A model generated the notes under the pieces. It ran no database searches. It was not told the origin of the DNA and was given only the letters and a program-made list of their open reading frames with translations. 64,000 nucleotides of DNA, from NCBI GenBank assembly GCA_951406725.2, contig OX597840.1:24180001-24244000 (forward strand), read 5' to 3'. The stretch is from Octopus vulgaris. Its lineage: Eukaryota. Shown in pieces: positions 24,305 to 37,334 of this stretch. A program made the translations under genes and the position numbers. Each line of letters starts with the position of its first letter. Within the stretch, counting starts at the first letter, position 1.

Positions 24305-24952
24305 GGGGAAGTAACTCTTCCTTCAACAAAAGTCTTGAATATTTTTATATAGTTTCGGGTTTAAATGACAATTAATTAATTCAACAAATTGTTACAAACG
24401 ATCACAAAAGTACAGCCCCCAAAATTACTGCAGGGCTTAATGACTGCCTCAAGAACCCAGTTTCCACAAAAGCTTTTTGCTGGGAGCTGCACAAAGCCAG
24501 ATTTCAAGGGAGGGCTGCAATCAGAAAACCACTACTTTCAAAAACAAACGTTGCAAAGCGTTTAGAGTGGAGTAAAAACCTACAGACTTGGTCCCTAGAG
24601 CAGTGGAAGAATGTTACTTTCTAGGACGAGTCATCCATTACCTTATTTCCGACCACTGGCCGAGTATACGTGTGAAGAGAGCCAAAAGAAGCATTTGACC
24701 CAGACTGCCTTCTTCCAACTGTTAAACATGGAGGAGGATCTGTAATGATCTGGGGAGCTATATCTTGGAAATCTGCCAGCCCAATGGTTCCCCTTCATGG
24801 CAGAATTAATAGTCAAGTCTATTTAAGCATTTTATCTGATCAAATTTATCCTATGGTTGCGGAACTGTTTCCAGAGGGCAACACAAGCTTTCAGGATGAT
24901 AATGCACCAATTCACACAGCTAAAGTTGTCACTGAATGGCACGAGGAATATT
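24305..24952 (+). pseudogene. Tc1-like transposase relic, copy 3
   Basis: ORF 24745-24972 MIWGAISW..FQDDNAPIH; shared upstream stops. Confidence 0.9.
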
Positions 24953-25174
24953 CTTCAACCGTTTCAAAGTAAACATTAGTCCTTGCTCTTTTTTACACAA
25001 TAACTTCTGGTATTTCATATACAGCAGATCTTTCCTTCTCCTATGTTTCCGACAAAGAGCTCCGCTCGAAACGTTAAACCCTCCTACTTTCCTGAGCGTC
25101 CAATAATACTATATTTGTTCAACGTCCACGCGTGGTTGTGTATTTTTTGTGCTTTCTTGTTTGGATTAACTATA

Positions 25175-25213
<39 letters not shown>

Positions 25214-26365
25214 CTGATCGTGGCCGCTGGCAGACTCCCCTGGCACCTGTGCTGGTAGCATGTAAAAAACACCCACTACACTCGCGGAGTGGTTGGCGTT
25301 GGGAAGGGCATCCAGCTGTAGAAACACTGCCAGATCAGACTGGGCCTGGTGCAGCCTCCTGGCTTCCCAGACCCTGGTCGAACCGTCCAACCCATGCTAT
25401 CATGGAAAACGGATGTTAAATGATGATCATGATCATGATATATATACAAATTAAATTCCAGGAAACACTGAAGTAGCATTAATATAGTTTATTCACTGCA
25501 AAAATTCAACATGTACACTTACAGCTGTTTCGATTTTGCTCAAAAGAAATTCCAATAATTAAAACCTTTAATTGGGCAAAATCTCATCAGAAATTGAATT
25601 AAAGAAAAGACTATTGTCTATAAAGTATACAATGTAGAGAAAAAAGAAGAGCTAACAATTCCAGTCTGTTATATATTTTGAGCATTGTTATCACTAGCGA
25701 TATCAAGATATAACTTTGTATTTTATGTGTAGATGTATATAGATAGATGTACATGTAATATGTACACATATATACATGCACTAGCACTATGACCCGGCAA
25801 CGACGGGTCTTTAATGCTAGTTAGTAAATAAATGGTAGATAGTGAGTTATATTTCTCACTATAATTATTTTATAATGTATCGATTTAATTATTTTCTAAT
25901 TTATCTATATCAGTTCAATCAATTTCTTTAACAAAGTTATAAATGTGATCACGTTGTTCTCTCATTCATATGATACTATTTTTACTATAACTCACAAATC
26001 TAACATTTATTTAATGCGGTTTCGATTCCCAGACCGGGCGTTGTGTGTGTTTATTGAGCGAATTTGGTAGACGGAAACTGAAAGATGCCTGTCGTATATG
26101 TGTATATATAAATATATGTATGTGTGGGTTTGTGTGTCTGTGTTTGTCCCCCTAGCTTTGCTTGTCAATCGATGCTGGTGTGTTTACGTCCCCGTCACTT
26201 AGTGGTTCAGCAAAAGAGACCGATAGAATAAGTACTGGGCTTACAAAGAATAAGTCCTGGGGTTGATTTGCTCGACTAAAGGCGGTGCTCCAGCGTGGCC
26301 GCAGTCAAATGACTGAAACAAGTAAAAGTGAGAGAGAGAGAGAGAGTAATAGAATTATCACAGTG

Positions 26366-26854
<489 letters not shown>

Positions 26855-29230
26855 TCAGTGATATGGTTTTTCTCCTGTATGAATACATTTATGGTTAGTT
26901 AAGGCATCGCTCTGTGAAAACGATTTACCACAGATATCACAATGATATGGTTTCTCTCCCGTATGAATACGTTTGTGTTTACTCACGTCGTAACTTTGAG
27001 AAAAAGATTTACCGCAAATGTTACAGGGATAGGGTTTCTCACCTGTATGAATGCGCTTATGAGTAATTAAATGATGATTCAGAGAGAAGGATTTACCACA
27101 GATATCACAGTGATAAGGTTTCTCTCCTGTGTGAATGTATTTGTGAGTAGTTAAGTGGTGATTTTGAGAGAATGATTCTCCACATATATCACACTGATAA
27201 GGTTTCTCTCCTGTGTGAATGTATTTGTGTTTAGTTAGGTTTTGATACTGAGAGAATGATTTACCACAGATATCACAGTGATAAGGTTTCTCTCCTGTGT
27301 GAATGTATTTGTGTTTAGTTAGGTTTTGATTCTGAGAGAATGATTTACCACAGATATCACAGTGATAAGGTTTCTCTCCTGTGTGAATGTATTTGTGTTT
27401 AGTTAGGTTTTGATTCTGAGAGAATGATTTACCACAGATATCACACTGATAAGGTTTCTCTCCTGTGTGAATGTATTTGTGAGTAGTTAAGCTGTGATTT
27501 TGAGAGAATGATTTACCACAGATATCACAATGATATGGTTTCTCTCCTGTATGAATGTATTTGTGAGTAGTTAAGTGGTATATCTGAGAGAATGATTTAC
27601 CACAGATATCACAATGATATGGTTTCTCTCCTGTATGAATACGTTTGTGTTTAATTAACTGACAACTTTTAGAGAATGATTTACCACAGATATCACAGTG
27701 ATAAGGTTTCTCTCCTGTGTGAATGTATTTGTGAGCAGTTAAGTGGTGATTTTGAGAGAATGATTTACCACAGATATCACAGTGATAAGGTTTCTCTCCT
27801 GTGTGAATGTATTTGTGAGTAGTTAAGTGCTGATTATGAGGGAATGATTCTCCACAGATATCACACTGATAAGGTTTCTCTCCTGTGTGAATGTACTTGT
27901 GAGTAATTAAGTTGTGATTTCGAGTGAATGATTTACCACAGATATCACAGTGATAAGGTTTCTCTCCCGTGTGAATGTATTTGTGTTTAGTTAAGTGGTC
28001 ATTTCTAGAGAATGATTTACCACAGATATCACAGTGATATGGTTTCTCTCCTGTATGAATACGTTTGTGAGTGGTTAGGTCGCTATTTCTAGAGAATGAT
28101 TTACCACAGATATCACACTGATATGGTTTCTCTCCTGTATGAATACGTTTGTGAGTGGTTAGGTCGCTATTTCCAGAGAATGATTTACCACAGATATCAC
28201 ACTGATAAGGTTTCTCTCCTGTGTGAATGTATTTGTGAGTAGTTAAGTGGTGATTATGAGAGAATGATTTACCACAGATATCACAATGATATGGTTTCTC
28301 TCCTGTATGAATACGTTTGTGAGTGGTCAGGTCGCTATTTCTAGAGAATGATTTACCACAGATATCACACTGATAAGGTTTCTCTCCTGTATGAATGTAT
28401 TTGTGAGTAGTTAAGTGGTGATTTCGAGAGAATGATTTACCACAGATACCACACTGATATGGCTTCTCTCCTGTATGAATACGTTTGTGTTTAATTAACT
28501 GACTACTTTTAGAGAATGATTTACCACAGATATCACACTGATATTGTTTCTCTCCTGTATGAATACGTTTGTGAGTGGTTAGGTCGCTATTTCCAGAGAA
28601 TGATTTACCACAGATATCACACTGATAAGGTTTCTCTCCTGTATGAATGTATTTGTGAGTAGTTAAGTGGTGATTTCGAGAGAATGATTTACCACAGATA
28701 TCACACTGATATGGTTTCTCTCCTGTATGAATATGTTTGTGTTTAATTAACTGACTACTTTTAGAGAATGATTTACCACAGATATCACACTGATATGGTT
28801 TCTCTCCTGTATGAATACGTTTGTGAGTGGTTAGGTCACTATTTCCAGAGAATGATTTACCACAGATATCGCAATGATGTGACTTAACCACAATGTGGAT
28901 GCATTTGTGAATAGCTAAGCTATGATTCTGAGAGAATGATTTACCACAGGTGTTACAGCGATACGGCTCGACACCTGCGTGAATGTGTTTATGTGTGGTC
29001 AAACGAACCTTTTCAGAGAATGATTTACCACAGATATCACAGCGATAGAGATCCTCTCCTGCAGGGAAACATATGTGAATCGTCTGTTCATCTTTGAGAA
29101 AGAAGGACTTGTTGCAGACATCACAGTGAAATGATGTTTTCTCTTCTTCTTCTGTTTCATCTTCAGTAAAATCAATCCTTAACAACTGTGTATTACAATT
29201 AACCTCATTATCACGTAATTCATTTTCCAT
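26855..29230 (-). CDS. Poly-C2H2 zinc-finger protein G4 (791 aa, about 27 finger units)
   Basis: ORF track; uninterrupted 28-aa repeats. Confidence 0.93.
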   Translation of the reverse strand: MENELRDNEVNCNTQLLRIDFTEDETEEEEKTSFHCDVCNKSFFLKDEQTIHICFPAGEDLYRCDICGKSFSEKVRLTTHKHIHAGVEPYRCNTCGKSFSQNHSLAIHKCIHIVVKSHHCDICGKSFSGNSDLTTHKRIHTGEKPYQCDICGKSFSKSSQLIKHKHIHTGEKPYQCDICGKSFSRNHHLTTHKYIHTGEKPYQCDICGKSFSGNSDLTTHKRIHTGEKQYQCDICGKSFSKSSQLIKHKRIHTGEKPYQCGICGKSFSRNHHLTTHKYIHTGEKPYQCDICGKSFSRNSDLTTHKRIHTGEKPYHCDICGKSFSHNHHLTTHKYIHTGEKPYQCDICGKSFSGNSDLTTHKRIHTGEKPYQCDICGKSFSRNSDLTTHKRIHTGEKPYHCDICGKSFSRNDHLTKHKYIHTGEKPYHCDICGKSFTRNHNLITHKYIHTGEKPYQCDICGESFPHNQHLTTHKYIHTGEKPYHCDICGKSFSQNHHLTAHKYIHTGEKPYHCDICGKSFSKSCQLIKHKRIHTGEKPYHCDICGKSFSQIYHLTTHKYIHTGEKPYHCDICGKSFSQNHSLTTHKYIHTGEKPYQCDICGKSFSQNQNLTKHKYIHTGEKPYHCDICGKSFSQNQNLTKHKYIHTGEKPYHCDICGKSFSQYQNLTKHKYIHTGEKPYQCDICGESFSQNHHLTTHKYIHTGEKPYHCDICGKSFSLNHHLITHKRIHTGEKPYPCNICGKSFSQSYDVSKHKRIHTGEKPYHCDICGKSFSQSDALTNHKCIHTGEKPYH

Positions 29231-29319
29231 TATTTTTCTCCTCTCACCACAAAGTCCAAATGTTTTTCTTTTTTTTTCTTCTTTTTTTATATTCTATTCC
29301 CCAGTTATTTCTGTTGCTT

Positions 29320-29705
29320 GAAATGCTTAGCGGTATTTCGTCTGTCTTTTTGTTCTGAGTTCAAATTCCACCGAGGCCGACTTTGCCTTTCATCCTCTCT
29401 GGGTCAATAAATAAAGTACCAGTTTCACACTAGGGTAGATATAATCGACTTAATCCCTTTGTCTGTCCTTATTTGTCCCCTCTATGTTTAGTCCCTTGTG
29501 GGTAGTAAAGAAATAGAAATAGGTATTTCGTCTGTCGTTACGTTCTGAGTTCAAATTCCGCCGAGGTCAACTTTGTCTTTCATCCTTTCGGGTCAATAAA
29601 TAAAGTACCAGTTTCACACTGGGGTAGATATAATAAATTAATCCCTTTGTCTGTCCTTGTTTGTCCCCTCTATGTTTAGCCCCCTAGTGGGCAATAAAGA
29701 AATAT
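29320..29705 (+). mobile_element. Tandem pair of family-3 SINEs in the G4 leader (also G6, about 47972-48357)
   Basis: GGTATTTCGTCTGTC...GAGTTCAAATTCC...AAAGAAATA occurs twice, head to tail. Confidence 0.8.
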
Positions 29706-31044
29706 ATATTTCCATCAACTGTAATCATTGTCAATGTCTGAGGGGGCTGCCAATTCCTTTGCAATCCAGGTTTAATTAGAATACAGGATTGGTTTTCTTG
29801 CACCCATTCCAGGCAGTGAAGTACAGAAATGCTGCTAATAATCACACACCCAAAGAAAATCTTTTACAATTCTATAATCAATTTATATAAACAGGGTAAT
29901 ATTCCTTCTGTGTAGCATCTTAGTTTCAACTTAAAGAATATATCATATATATTCATGATGTGTTCGATGTAAAATCTTCTTTTATACTAAATATCCTCTC
30001 TGATACTCTGAAATAAAAAAGAAATAATATGAGATATAGAATATACTTGAAAAGTAAAGATTAAATAATGAAAATTTTATTACGTTTTTATACTGATAAA
30101 CTGGAGATATAAACCTTTAGCTGGCTAAATAAACATTAACATGTCAGTCTGACAAACAAACAAGGAGATTATAAGGTAGTCATGGGATGTGCTAAAACTA
30201 ATAGCTAAATAGCTCTTAAATCACACAGCAATTTAAAAAATTTTGTTTTGGTTTTTGCACAATCCTATGAATTACAAATTTGCAAGATGTTTTCTAAAAA
30301 TTCCCAAAAAGTTTTGAACCAACGAAGAATTTATAATTTACATCTGCTGTTTGTTTGTTGAGCGAAGCGGTCTTCGTCCCAGAGCTCGCAAGATGGAAGA
30401 AGTCGGAAACGTGGTCCTTTGCTATTCGTAAGACCTGCAGAGGAGAAAGCAGGTCATCCCCCGACACCGAAAGCATCGACGGATGGATGAATGCGCATCC
30501 AGGCTCGGCGGTTGCGTAGGAAGTCGGGGGACAAGAAACAGGAAGAAAGAGTGAGAGAAAGTTGGGGGCGAAAGAGTACAACAGGGGTTGCCACCACCCT
30601 CTGCTGGAGCATCGTGGAGCTTCAGGTGTTTTCGCTCAATAAACACTCACAACGCCCTATCCGGGAATCGAACCCGTGAGTCCGCTGCCCTAACCACTGG
30701 GCCATTGCGCCTCCACTTACATCTGTTATATATGAAATACCAGAAGTTATAGTGTTAAAAAAAGGAAGGACTAATGTTTACTTGGAAACGGTTGATGATG
30801 ATGATGATGATGATATATATATATATATTTATTGCCCACAAGGGGATATACAAAGAGGGGACAAAGAAGGACAGACATAGGGATTAAGTCGATTACATCG
30901 ACCCCAGTGCATAACTGGTTCTTAATGTATCGACCCTGAAAGATGAAAGGCAAAGTCGACCTCAGTGGAATTTGAACTCATAACTTAAAGACACATGCCT
31001 TTCGCCCGTCGTGCTAATGTTGCTGCCAGCTCGCCACCTTTATA

Positions 31045-31095
<51 letters not shown>

Positions 31096-31756
31096 GTAAA
31101 ACGGTAAGATAACAAAAGAAAGAAAGAAAGAGACCTCAATATTATGTAAATAGAGGAAATTTATCTATAAAATAACATGTTACATTTACTCAATAGTCAA
31201 GATAAAACTCCGAGTTTCAGATGCCGAAGTGGAAATCCACAACACCATCTCTTCGGTTATCTGGCCATCTGAAAAAACGCTATGAAAAAATACCGTTATA
31301 TAAAGGGAAATTACTGTATTATAATTCTGCGCGCGAAAACCCACGTGTGTACTTATACGTCACCACGGAAACGTACACATCTTCACTCGCATTTTTCGCC
31401 AAATATATACGCATATATATACAACCTCATACACACACACATGCGTACCGTAAAAGTTCATACATACGTCTATATACGCACAAACACAAGAAAAACCATG
31501 GTTAAAGGTAACAGAAAAAAATATAATAAGGAAGTATACAAAGCATAAAAACCACGTTCATATACGGACATGCCCCTATGCACTCATACACACACACACG
31601 CCCATATATGTACATACCCACACATATTTATATACGCATACATACACATGCACATACAAAAAATGGATATATATATGTCCCCCCCCCCACAAAATAATGG
31701 AAAAATACTAAGTAAAAACGTCTATATATATATGTGCATTCTCATGCCCGCACACA

Positions 31757-33217
31757 TCTCTTATTATAAAAGGCAGATTTTATCTGCCTCCCTTTGTAAC
31801 TTATAGAAATCTACAATATAGGATTTCTTCAATTACAATTTACCTAGCATTTTTAAGAGTAGAATGCATCGGGTCATGCCAGGTCCAGTTTTTAAAATTT
31901 AAACTCCAATTAAGCAAAATTTACAGAAAACTCACATTCTGGTGTGTATGTCAAATGCTTTTCTTAATGTGGTTTACACCACACGCACACACACAGTGTG
32001 CAACGAATAAAATGAAAGTAAATAGCGACAGAGTGATTTGATGAAGACTAAACTGAAAGTATTTAAACCACTACTCAAAAAATAAAAAAACACAACAAAC
32101 AGAAACAAATAAATACATAACGATTTACTCCTCACACAATTTCTTCAATTAGAGTTTACCTAAGATTTTTCAAAGTACTCCATTCGGTCATGCCATAATA
32201 TATTTCTTTCAATTTCACCCCCAATTAAGACAAAATTCGAGAAAACTCAATATTTTAACATTTCACTCCGAAAGCATTGATGTACATGTGTGCGTGCGTG
32301 AGTGTGTGTGTGTGTGTGTGTGTGTTTGATGGGTTGTGCGACACAGAAAGTGTGGTGTGTAAGTGAAGTGCTTTTGTTAGTGTGTGTAGAGACAGACAGA
32401 GTGAAAGACAGAAATAACTGAACTTTTTTTATTCACTTTTTGTAGTGAGTGACTGAGAGAGAAAAGAGAGAGAGAGGTTATGTATGTATATATGTATGTA
32501 TAGCTTCAGTGACACACACACACAAAAACACATACCTACGTACACCTAAAGCACGCACACACAAAAACACATACCTACGTACACCTAAAGCACGCACACA
32601 CACACAAGCGGAGCGCGAACTTCAAAATTTTGGTAGTATTAATTTGCGAGCGTACTTCTAAGCACGCGTAATTGAAAGTTTTCACTATGATATCATCACG
32701 TGCGAAAAAATTCGAAGGGTTTTGAACAATTGAGATACAGATGTCACGCCTGTATTGAAACCATTGCTAAGCTGCCGTAATTGCTTAATTAAGACTTTGT
32801 TTAAATTGAAAGGGGCAAATATGTGACGAGGTTGAAAAAAATACCCCAGAAAAAAAATGTACTGCTGGTATTTATATAATTCACTACTATTTTGCTACAA
32901 TGTCACGAAAAAGAAAAAATTTAGGTATGTAAATCGAATTCGCCACCCCCTTTTCCAAGTTCGCGTTTGTGTAAAAAAAATTATTATTTAAGTTTTAAAA
33001 ATTATTTACTTTCTTCAAAAAATATTAATATTAATTAATTTTCAAGAATTATTTAATTTTATTCTGTAAAATAGTAATTAATTCATTTATCTGTAAATCC
33101 GCGAGGTTGTTACTCAGGCACCTAGAATGGTAACCTTCAACTAACACTATCTCCTCCAAGACCCTGCGGCGCAAGTTGACCAAAATTGAGAGTATGGTAG
33201 GAGAAGGGTTGCTCTTC
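31757..33217 (+). mobile_element. Non-autonomous Helitron, 3' end removed by a deletion of about 3.7 kb
   Basis: 5' end as at 50417; sequence switches at the TTC microhomology (33215-17) to the sequence found at 55561. Confidence 0.85.
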
Positions 33218-33296
33218 AAAGTAAACATTAGTCCTCGCTCTTTTTAACACAATAACTTCGGGTATTTCATATACAGCAGATCTTTCCTTCTCCTAT

Positions 33297-33331
33297 GTTT
33301 CCGACGAAGAGCTCCGCTCGAAACGTTAAAC
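33297..33331 (+). ncRNA. Minimal type-I hammerhead-ribozyme-like motif (best copy; identical at 55641-55675)
   Basis: GTTT CCGACGA A GAGC TCC GCTC GAAA CG TT AAAC: stem I GTTT/AAAC, stem II GAGC/GCTC, palindromic AACGTT stem III; U4C deviation. Confidence 0.6.
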
Positions 33332-33942
33332 TATCCTTCATTCCTGAGCCTCCAATAATACTATATTTGTTCCACGTCCACGCGTTGTTGTGTTTTTTTG
33401 TGCTTTCTTGTTTGGATTAACTATATATATATATATAACCGATTGTGGCCGCTGCCAGATTTCCCTGGCACCTGTGCTGGTGGCATGTAAAAAACACCCA
33501 CTACACTCGTGGAGTGGTTGGCGTTAGGAAGGGCATCCAGCTGTAGAAACACTGCCAGATCAGACTGGGCCTGGTGCAGCCTCCTGGCTTCCCAGACCCC
33601 GGTCGAACCGTCCAACCCTTGTTAGCACGGAAAACGGACGTTAAACGATGATGATATATATACAAATTAAAATCCAGGAAAAAGAGAAGTAGCATTAATA
33701 TAGTTTATTCACTGCAAAAATTTAACATGTACACGTACAGCTGTTTCGATTTTGCTCAAAAGAAATTCCAATAATTAAAACATTTAATTGGGCAAAATCT
33801 CATCAGAGGAATGAAAAAGACATATCGTTAGGTTATCACATGTTATTCTTCCAAAACATCTCAACAGACAAAAACTTTTTTTTAATTACTAATATTGGTA
33901 TAAATCTTGGCCAGTGGGTAACAGGTTGTATAAGGGTAATAA

Positions 33943-34657
33943 TCTTTATATATATAAAACTGAGAATGTGTGTCTGTCTGTCTGTGTGTTTCCCTAAAAG
34001 TTGAGAACTACACAACCAATTTCATTCAAATTTTACACATGCCTTACTTAGGGTCCATGTAGTTTCATGGGCAAAAAAAAAATGTTCAACTTCTTACCTA
34101 GAGCGAGCCCATAACAATATCATATCTTCTCCACTATTTCAGAATTACATGTTAAAAGTGAAACAAAAATATTTCTCTATTTTATGTCAGATGCTTTCAC
34201 TTTAACAATAAAAATAATAATACCAATTGAATTATATGTAGTAAGTAATAATTAAAATCAAACTAAAGTATAATATAATCGTAACATAAAAAAGTAAAAA
34301 CTAGCAATTGGTATAAAATTGCATCAGTGATTTGAACTTGAATAAGTGGTTTCACATGAATGGGAATAAATTAAAAATATAATAAGCGTGCAGAAATGGA
34401 ATAGTCCAGATGGATAATACAAAATTAAACTTAAAAAAGACTATTGTCTATAAAGTATACAATGTAGAGAAAAAAGAATAGCTAACAATTCCAGTCTGTT
34501 ATATATTTTGAGTATTGTTATCACTAGCGATATCAAGATATAACTTTGTATTTTGCATTTTATGTGTAGATGTATATAGATAGATGTACATGTAACATGC
34601 ACACATATATACATGCACTAGCACTATGACCCGGCAACGACGGGTCTTTAATGCTAG
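33943..34657 (+). mobile_element. Non-autonomous Helitron (paralog of 8334-8998)
   Basis: TC...hairpin-CTAG termini. Confidence 0.85.
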
Positions 34658-35202
34658 TTGGTAAATAAATGGTAGATAGTGAGTTATATTTCTCACTATA
34701 ATTATTTTATAATGTATCGATTTAATTATTTTCTAATTTATCTATATCAGTTCAATCAATTTCTTTAACAAAGTTATAAATGTGATCACGTTGTTCTCTC
34801 ATTCATATGATACTATTTTTACTATAACTCACTAACCTAACATTTATTTAATGCGGTTTCGATTCCCAGACCGGGCGTTGTGTGTGTTTATTGAGCGAAA
34901 ACACCTAAAGCTCCAGGAGGCTCCGGCAGGGGGTGGTGGCGATCTCTGCTGTACTCTTTCTTCCTGCTTCTTGAGTAATGCTGCGATGGACTGGCGTCCT
35001 GTCCAGCTGGTGGTGTAACACATATCCCACAGAAACCGGGCCCATGAGCCTGGCTAGGTTTGTAAAGGGCGCATAAATAAATAAAAATAATAAATATACT
35101 GGCATTTAATAAAACTGTGTAAGAGAATAATTTACCACAACTCAATTGCAAGAAGCACTTCCATCAAGTTAAGCTATTTATTCGAGAGAATGATTTAATA
35201 GA

Positions 35203-35617
35203 GGCGCAGGAGTGGCTGTGTGGTAAGTAGCTAGCTAACCAACCACATGGTTCCGGGTTCAGTCACACTGAGTGGCATCTTGGGCAAGTGTCTTCTGCTA
35301 TAGCCCCGGGCCGACCAAAGCCTTGTGAGTGGATTTGGTAGACGGAAAATGAAAGAAGCCTGTCGTATATATGTATACATATATATGTATATATGTGCAT
35401 GTGTTTGTGTCTATGTTTGTCCCCCTAGCATTGCTTGTCGATCGATGCTGGTGTGTTTACGTCCCCGTCACTTAGTGGTTCAGCAAAATAGACCGATAGA
35501 ATAAGTACTGGGCTTACAAAGAACAAGTCCTGGGGTTGATTTGCTCGACTAAAGGCGGTGCTCCAGCATGGCCGCAGTCAAATGACTGAAACAAGTAAAA
35601 GAGAGAGAGAGAGAGAG
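35203..35617 (+). mobile_element. Full-length family-2 SINE with TAATAGA TSD, inserted in a fossil zinc finger just past the G5 stop
   Basis: TSD at 35196-35202 and 35618-35624; (GA)n tail. Paralog at 57545-57961. Confidence 0.88.
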
Positions 35618-35636
35618 TAATAGAATTATCACAGTG

Positions 35637-37334
35637 TTATGGTTTCTTTCCTGCGTGGATATGTTTGTGAGTAGTTAAGTTACCTTTTTGAGAGAAAGAC
35701 TTCTCACATACATCACAGTGATAAGGCTTCTCTCCTGTGTGAATGTGTTTGTGAGAAATTAAGGTATGGTTCTGAGAGAAGGATTTACCACAGATATCAC
35801 ACACGTATGGCTTCTCTCCTGTGTGAACACGTTTGTGTTTGATTAAGACATCGCTCTGTGAAAAAGACTTTCCACAGATATCGCAGTGATATGGCCTCCC
35901 TCCTGTATGAATACGTTTGTGTTTAGCTAAGTGATGATTTAAAGAGAATGATTTACCACAGATATCGCAGTGATATGGTTTCTCTCCTGTATGAATACGT
36001 TTATGGTTAGTTAAAGCATTGCTCCGTGAAAACAATTTACCACAGATATCACAATGATATGGTTTCTCTCCAGTATGAATACGTTTGTGTTTACTCAAGT
36101 GGTAACTTTGAGAAAAAGATTTACCGCAAATATTACAGGGATAGGGTTTCTCACCTGTATGAATGCGCTTATGAGTAATTAAATGATGATTCTGAGAGAA
36201 TGATTTACCACAGATATCACACTGATAAGGTTTCTCTCCTGTGTGAATGTATTTGTGAGTAGTTAAGTGGTGATTTTGAGAGAATGATTTACCACAGATA
36301 TCACAGTGATATGGTTTCCCTCCTGTGTGAATGTATTTGTGAGTGGTTAGGTTTTGATTCAGAGAGAATGATTTACCACAGATATCACACTGATATGGTT
36401 TCTCACCTGGGTGAATGTATTTGTGAGTAGTTAAGCTGTGATTTTGAGAGAATGATTCTCCACAGATATCACACTGATAAGGTTCCTCTCCTGTGTGAAT
36501 GTATTTGTGAGTGGTTAGGTTTTGATTCAGAGAGAATGATTTACCACAGATATCGCACTGATAAGGTTTCTCTCCTGTGTGAATGTATTTGTGAGTAGTT
36601 AAGCTGTGATTCTGAGAGAATGATTTACCACAGATATCACAATGATACGGTTTCTCTCCTGTGTGAATGTATTTGTGAGTAGTTAAGTGCTGATTATGAG
36701 AGAATGATTCTCCACAGATATCACAATGATAAGGTTTCTCTCCTGTATGAATACGTTTGTGAGTGGTTAGGTCGCTATTTATAGAGAATGATTTACCACA
36801 GATATCACACTGATACGGTTTCTCTCCTGTATGAATATGTTTGTGAGTGGTTAGGTCGCTATTTCCAGAGAATGATTTACCACAGATATCACACTGATAC
36901 GGTTTCTCTCCTGTATGAATATGTTTGTGAGTGGTTAGGTCGCTATTTCCAGAGAATGATTTACCACAGATATCGCAATGATGTGACTTAACCACAATGT
37001 GGATGCATTTGTGAATAGCTAAGCTATGATTCTGAGAGAATGATTTACCACAGGTGTTACAGCGATACGGCTCGACACCTGCGTGAATGTGTTTATGTGT
37101 GGTCAAACGAACCTTTTCAGAGAATGATTTACCACAGATGTCACAGCGATAGAGATCCTCTCCTGCAGGGAAACATTTGTGCATCGTCTGTTCATCTTTG
37201 AGAAAGAAGGACTTGTTGCAGACATCACAGTGAAATGATGTTTTCTCTTCTTCTTCTGTTTCGTCTTCAGTAAAATCAATCCTTAACGACTGTGTATTAC
37301 AATTAACCTCATTATCACGTAATTCATTTTCCAT
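35637..37334 (-). CDS. Poly-C2H2 zinc-finger protein G5 (565 aa, about 19 finger units); reads through to the AGKKP* end
   Basis: ORF track. Has both the candidate promoter (41470) and an undisrupted frame. Confidence 0.94.
   Translation of the reverse strand: MENELRDNEVNCNTQSLRIDFTEDETEEEEKTSFHCDVCNKSFFLKDEQTMHKCFPAGEDLYRCDICGKSFSEKVRLTTHKHIHAGVEPYRCNTCGKSFSQNHSLAIHKCIHIVVKSHHCDICGKSFSGNSDLTTHKHIHTGEKPYQCDICGKSFSGNSDLTTHKHIHTGEKPYQCDICGKSFSINSDLTTHKRIHTGEKPYHCDICGESFSHNQHLTTHKYIHTGEKPYHCDICGKSFSQNHSLTTHKYIHTGEKPYQCDICGKSFSLNQNLTTHKYIHTGEEPYQCDICGESFSQNHSLTTHKYIHPGEKPYQCDICGKSFSLNQNLTTHKYIHTGGKPYHCDICGKSFSQNHHLTTHKYIHTGEKPYQCDICGKSFSQNHHLITHKRIHTGEKPYPCNICGKSFSQSYHLSKHKRIHTGEKPYHCDICGKLFSRSNALTNHKRIHTGEKPYHCDICGKSFSLNHHLAKHKRIHTGGRPYHCDICGKSFSQSDVLIKHKRVHTGEKPYVCDICGKSFSQNHTLISHKHIHTGEKPYHCDVCEKSFSQKGNLTTHKHIHAGKKP

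Noticed and set aside
32515-32600. 39-bp direct duplication (also about 51175-51260)
   Set aside because: Local slippage inside the Helitron; no sign of function.
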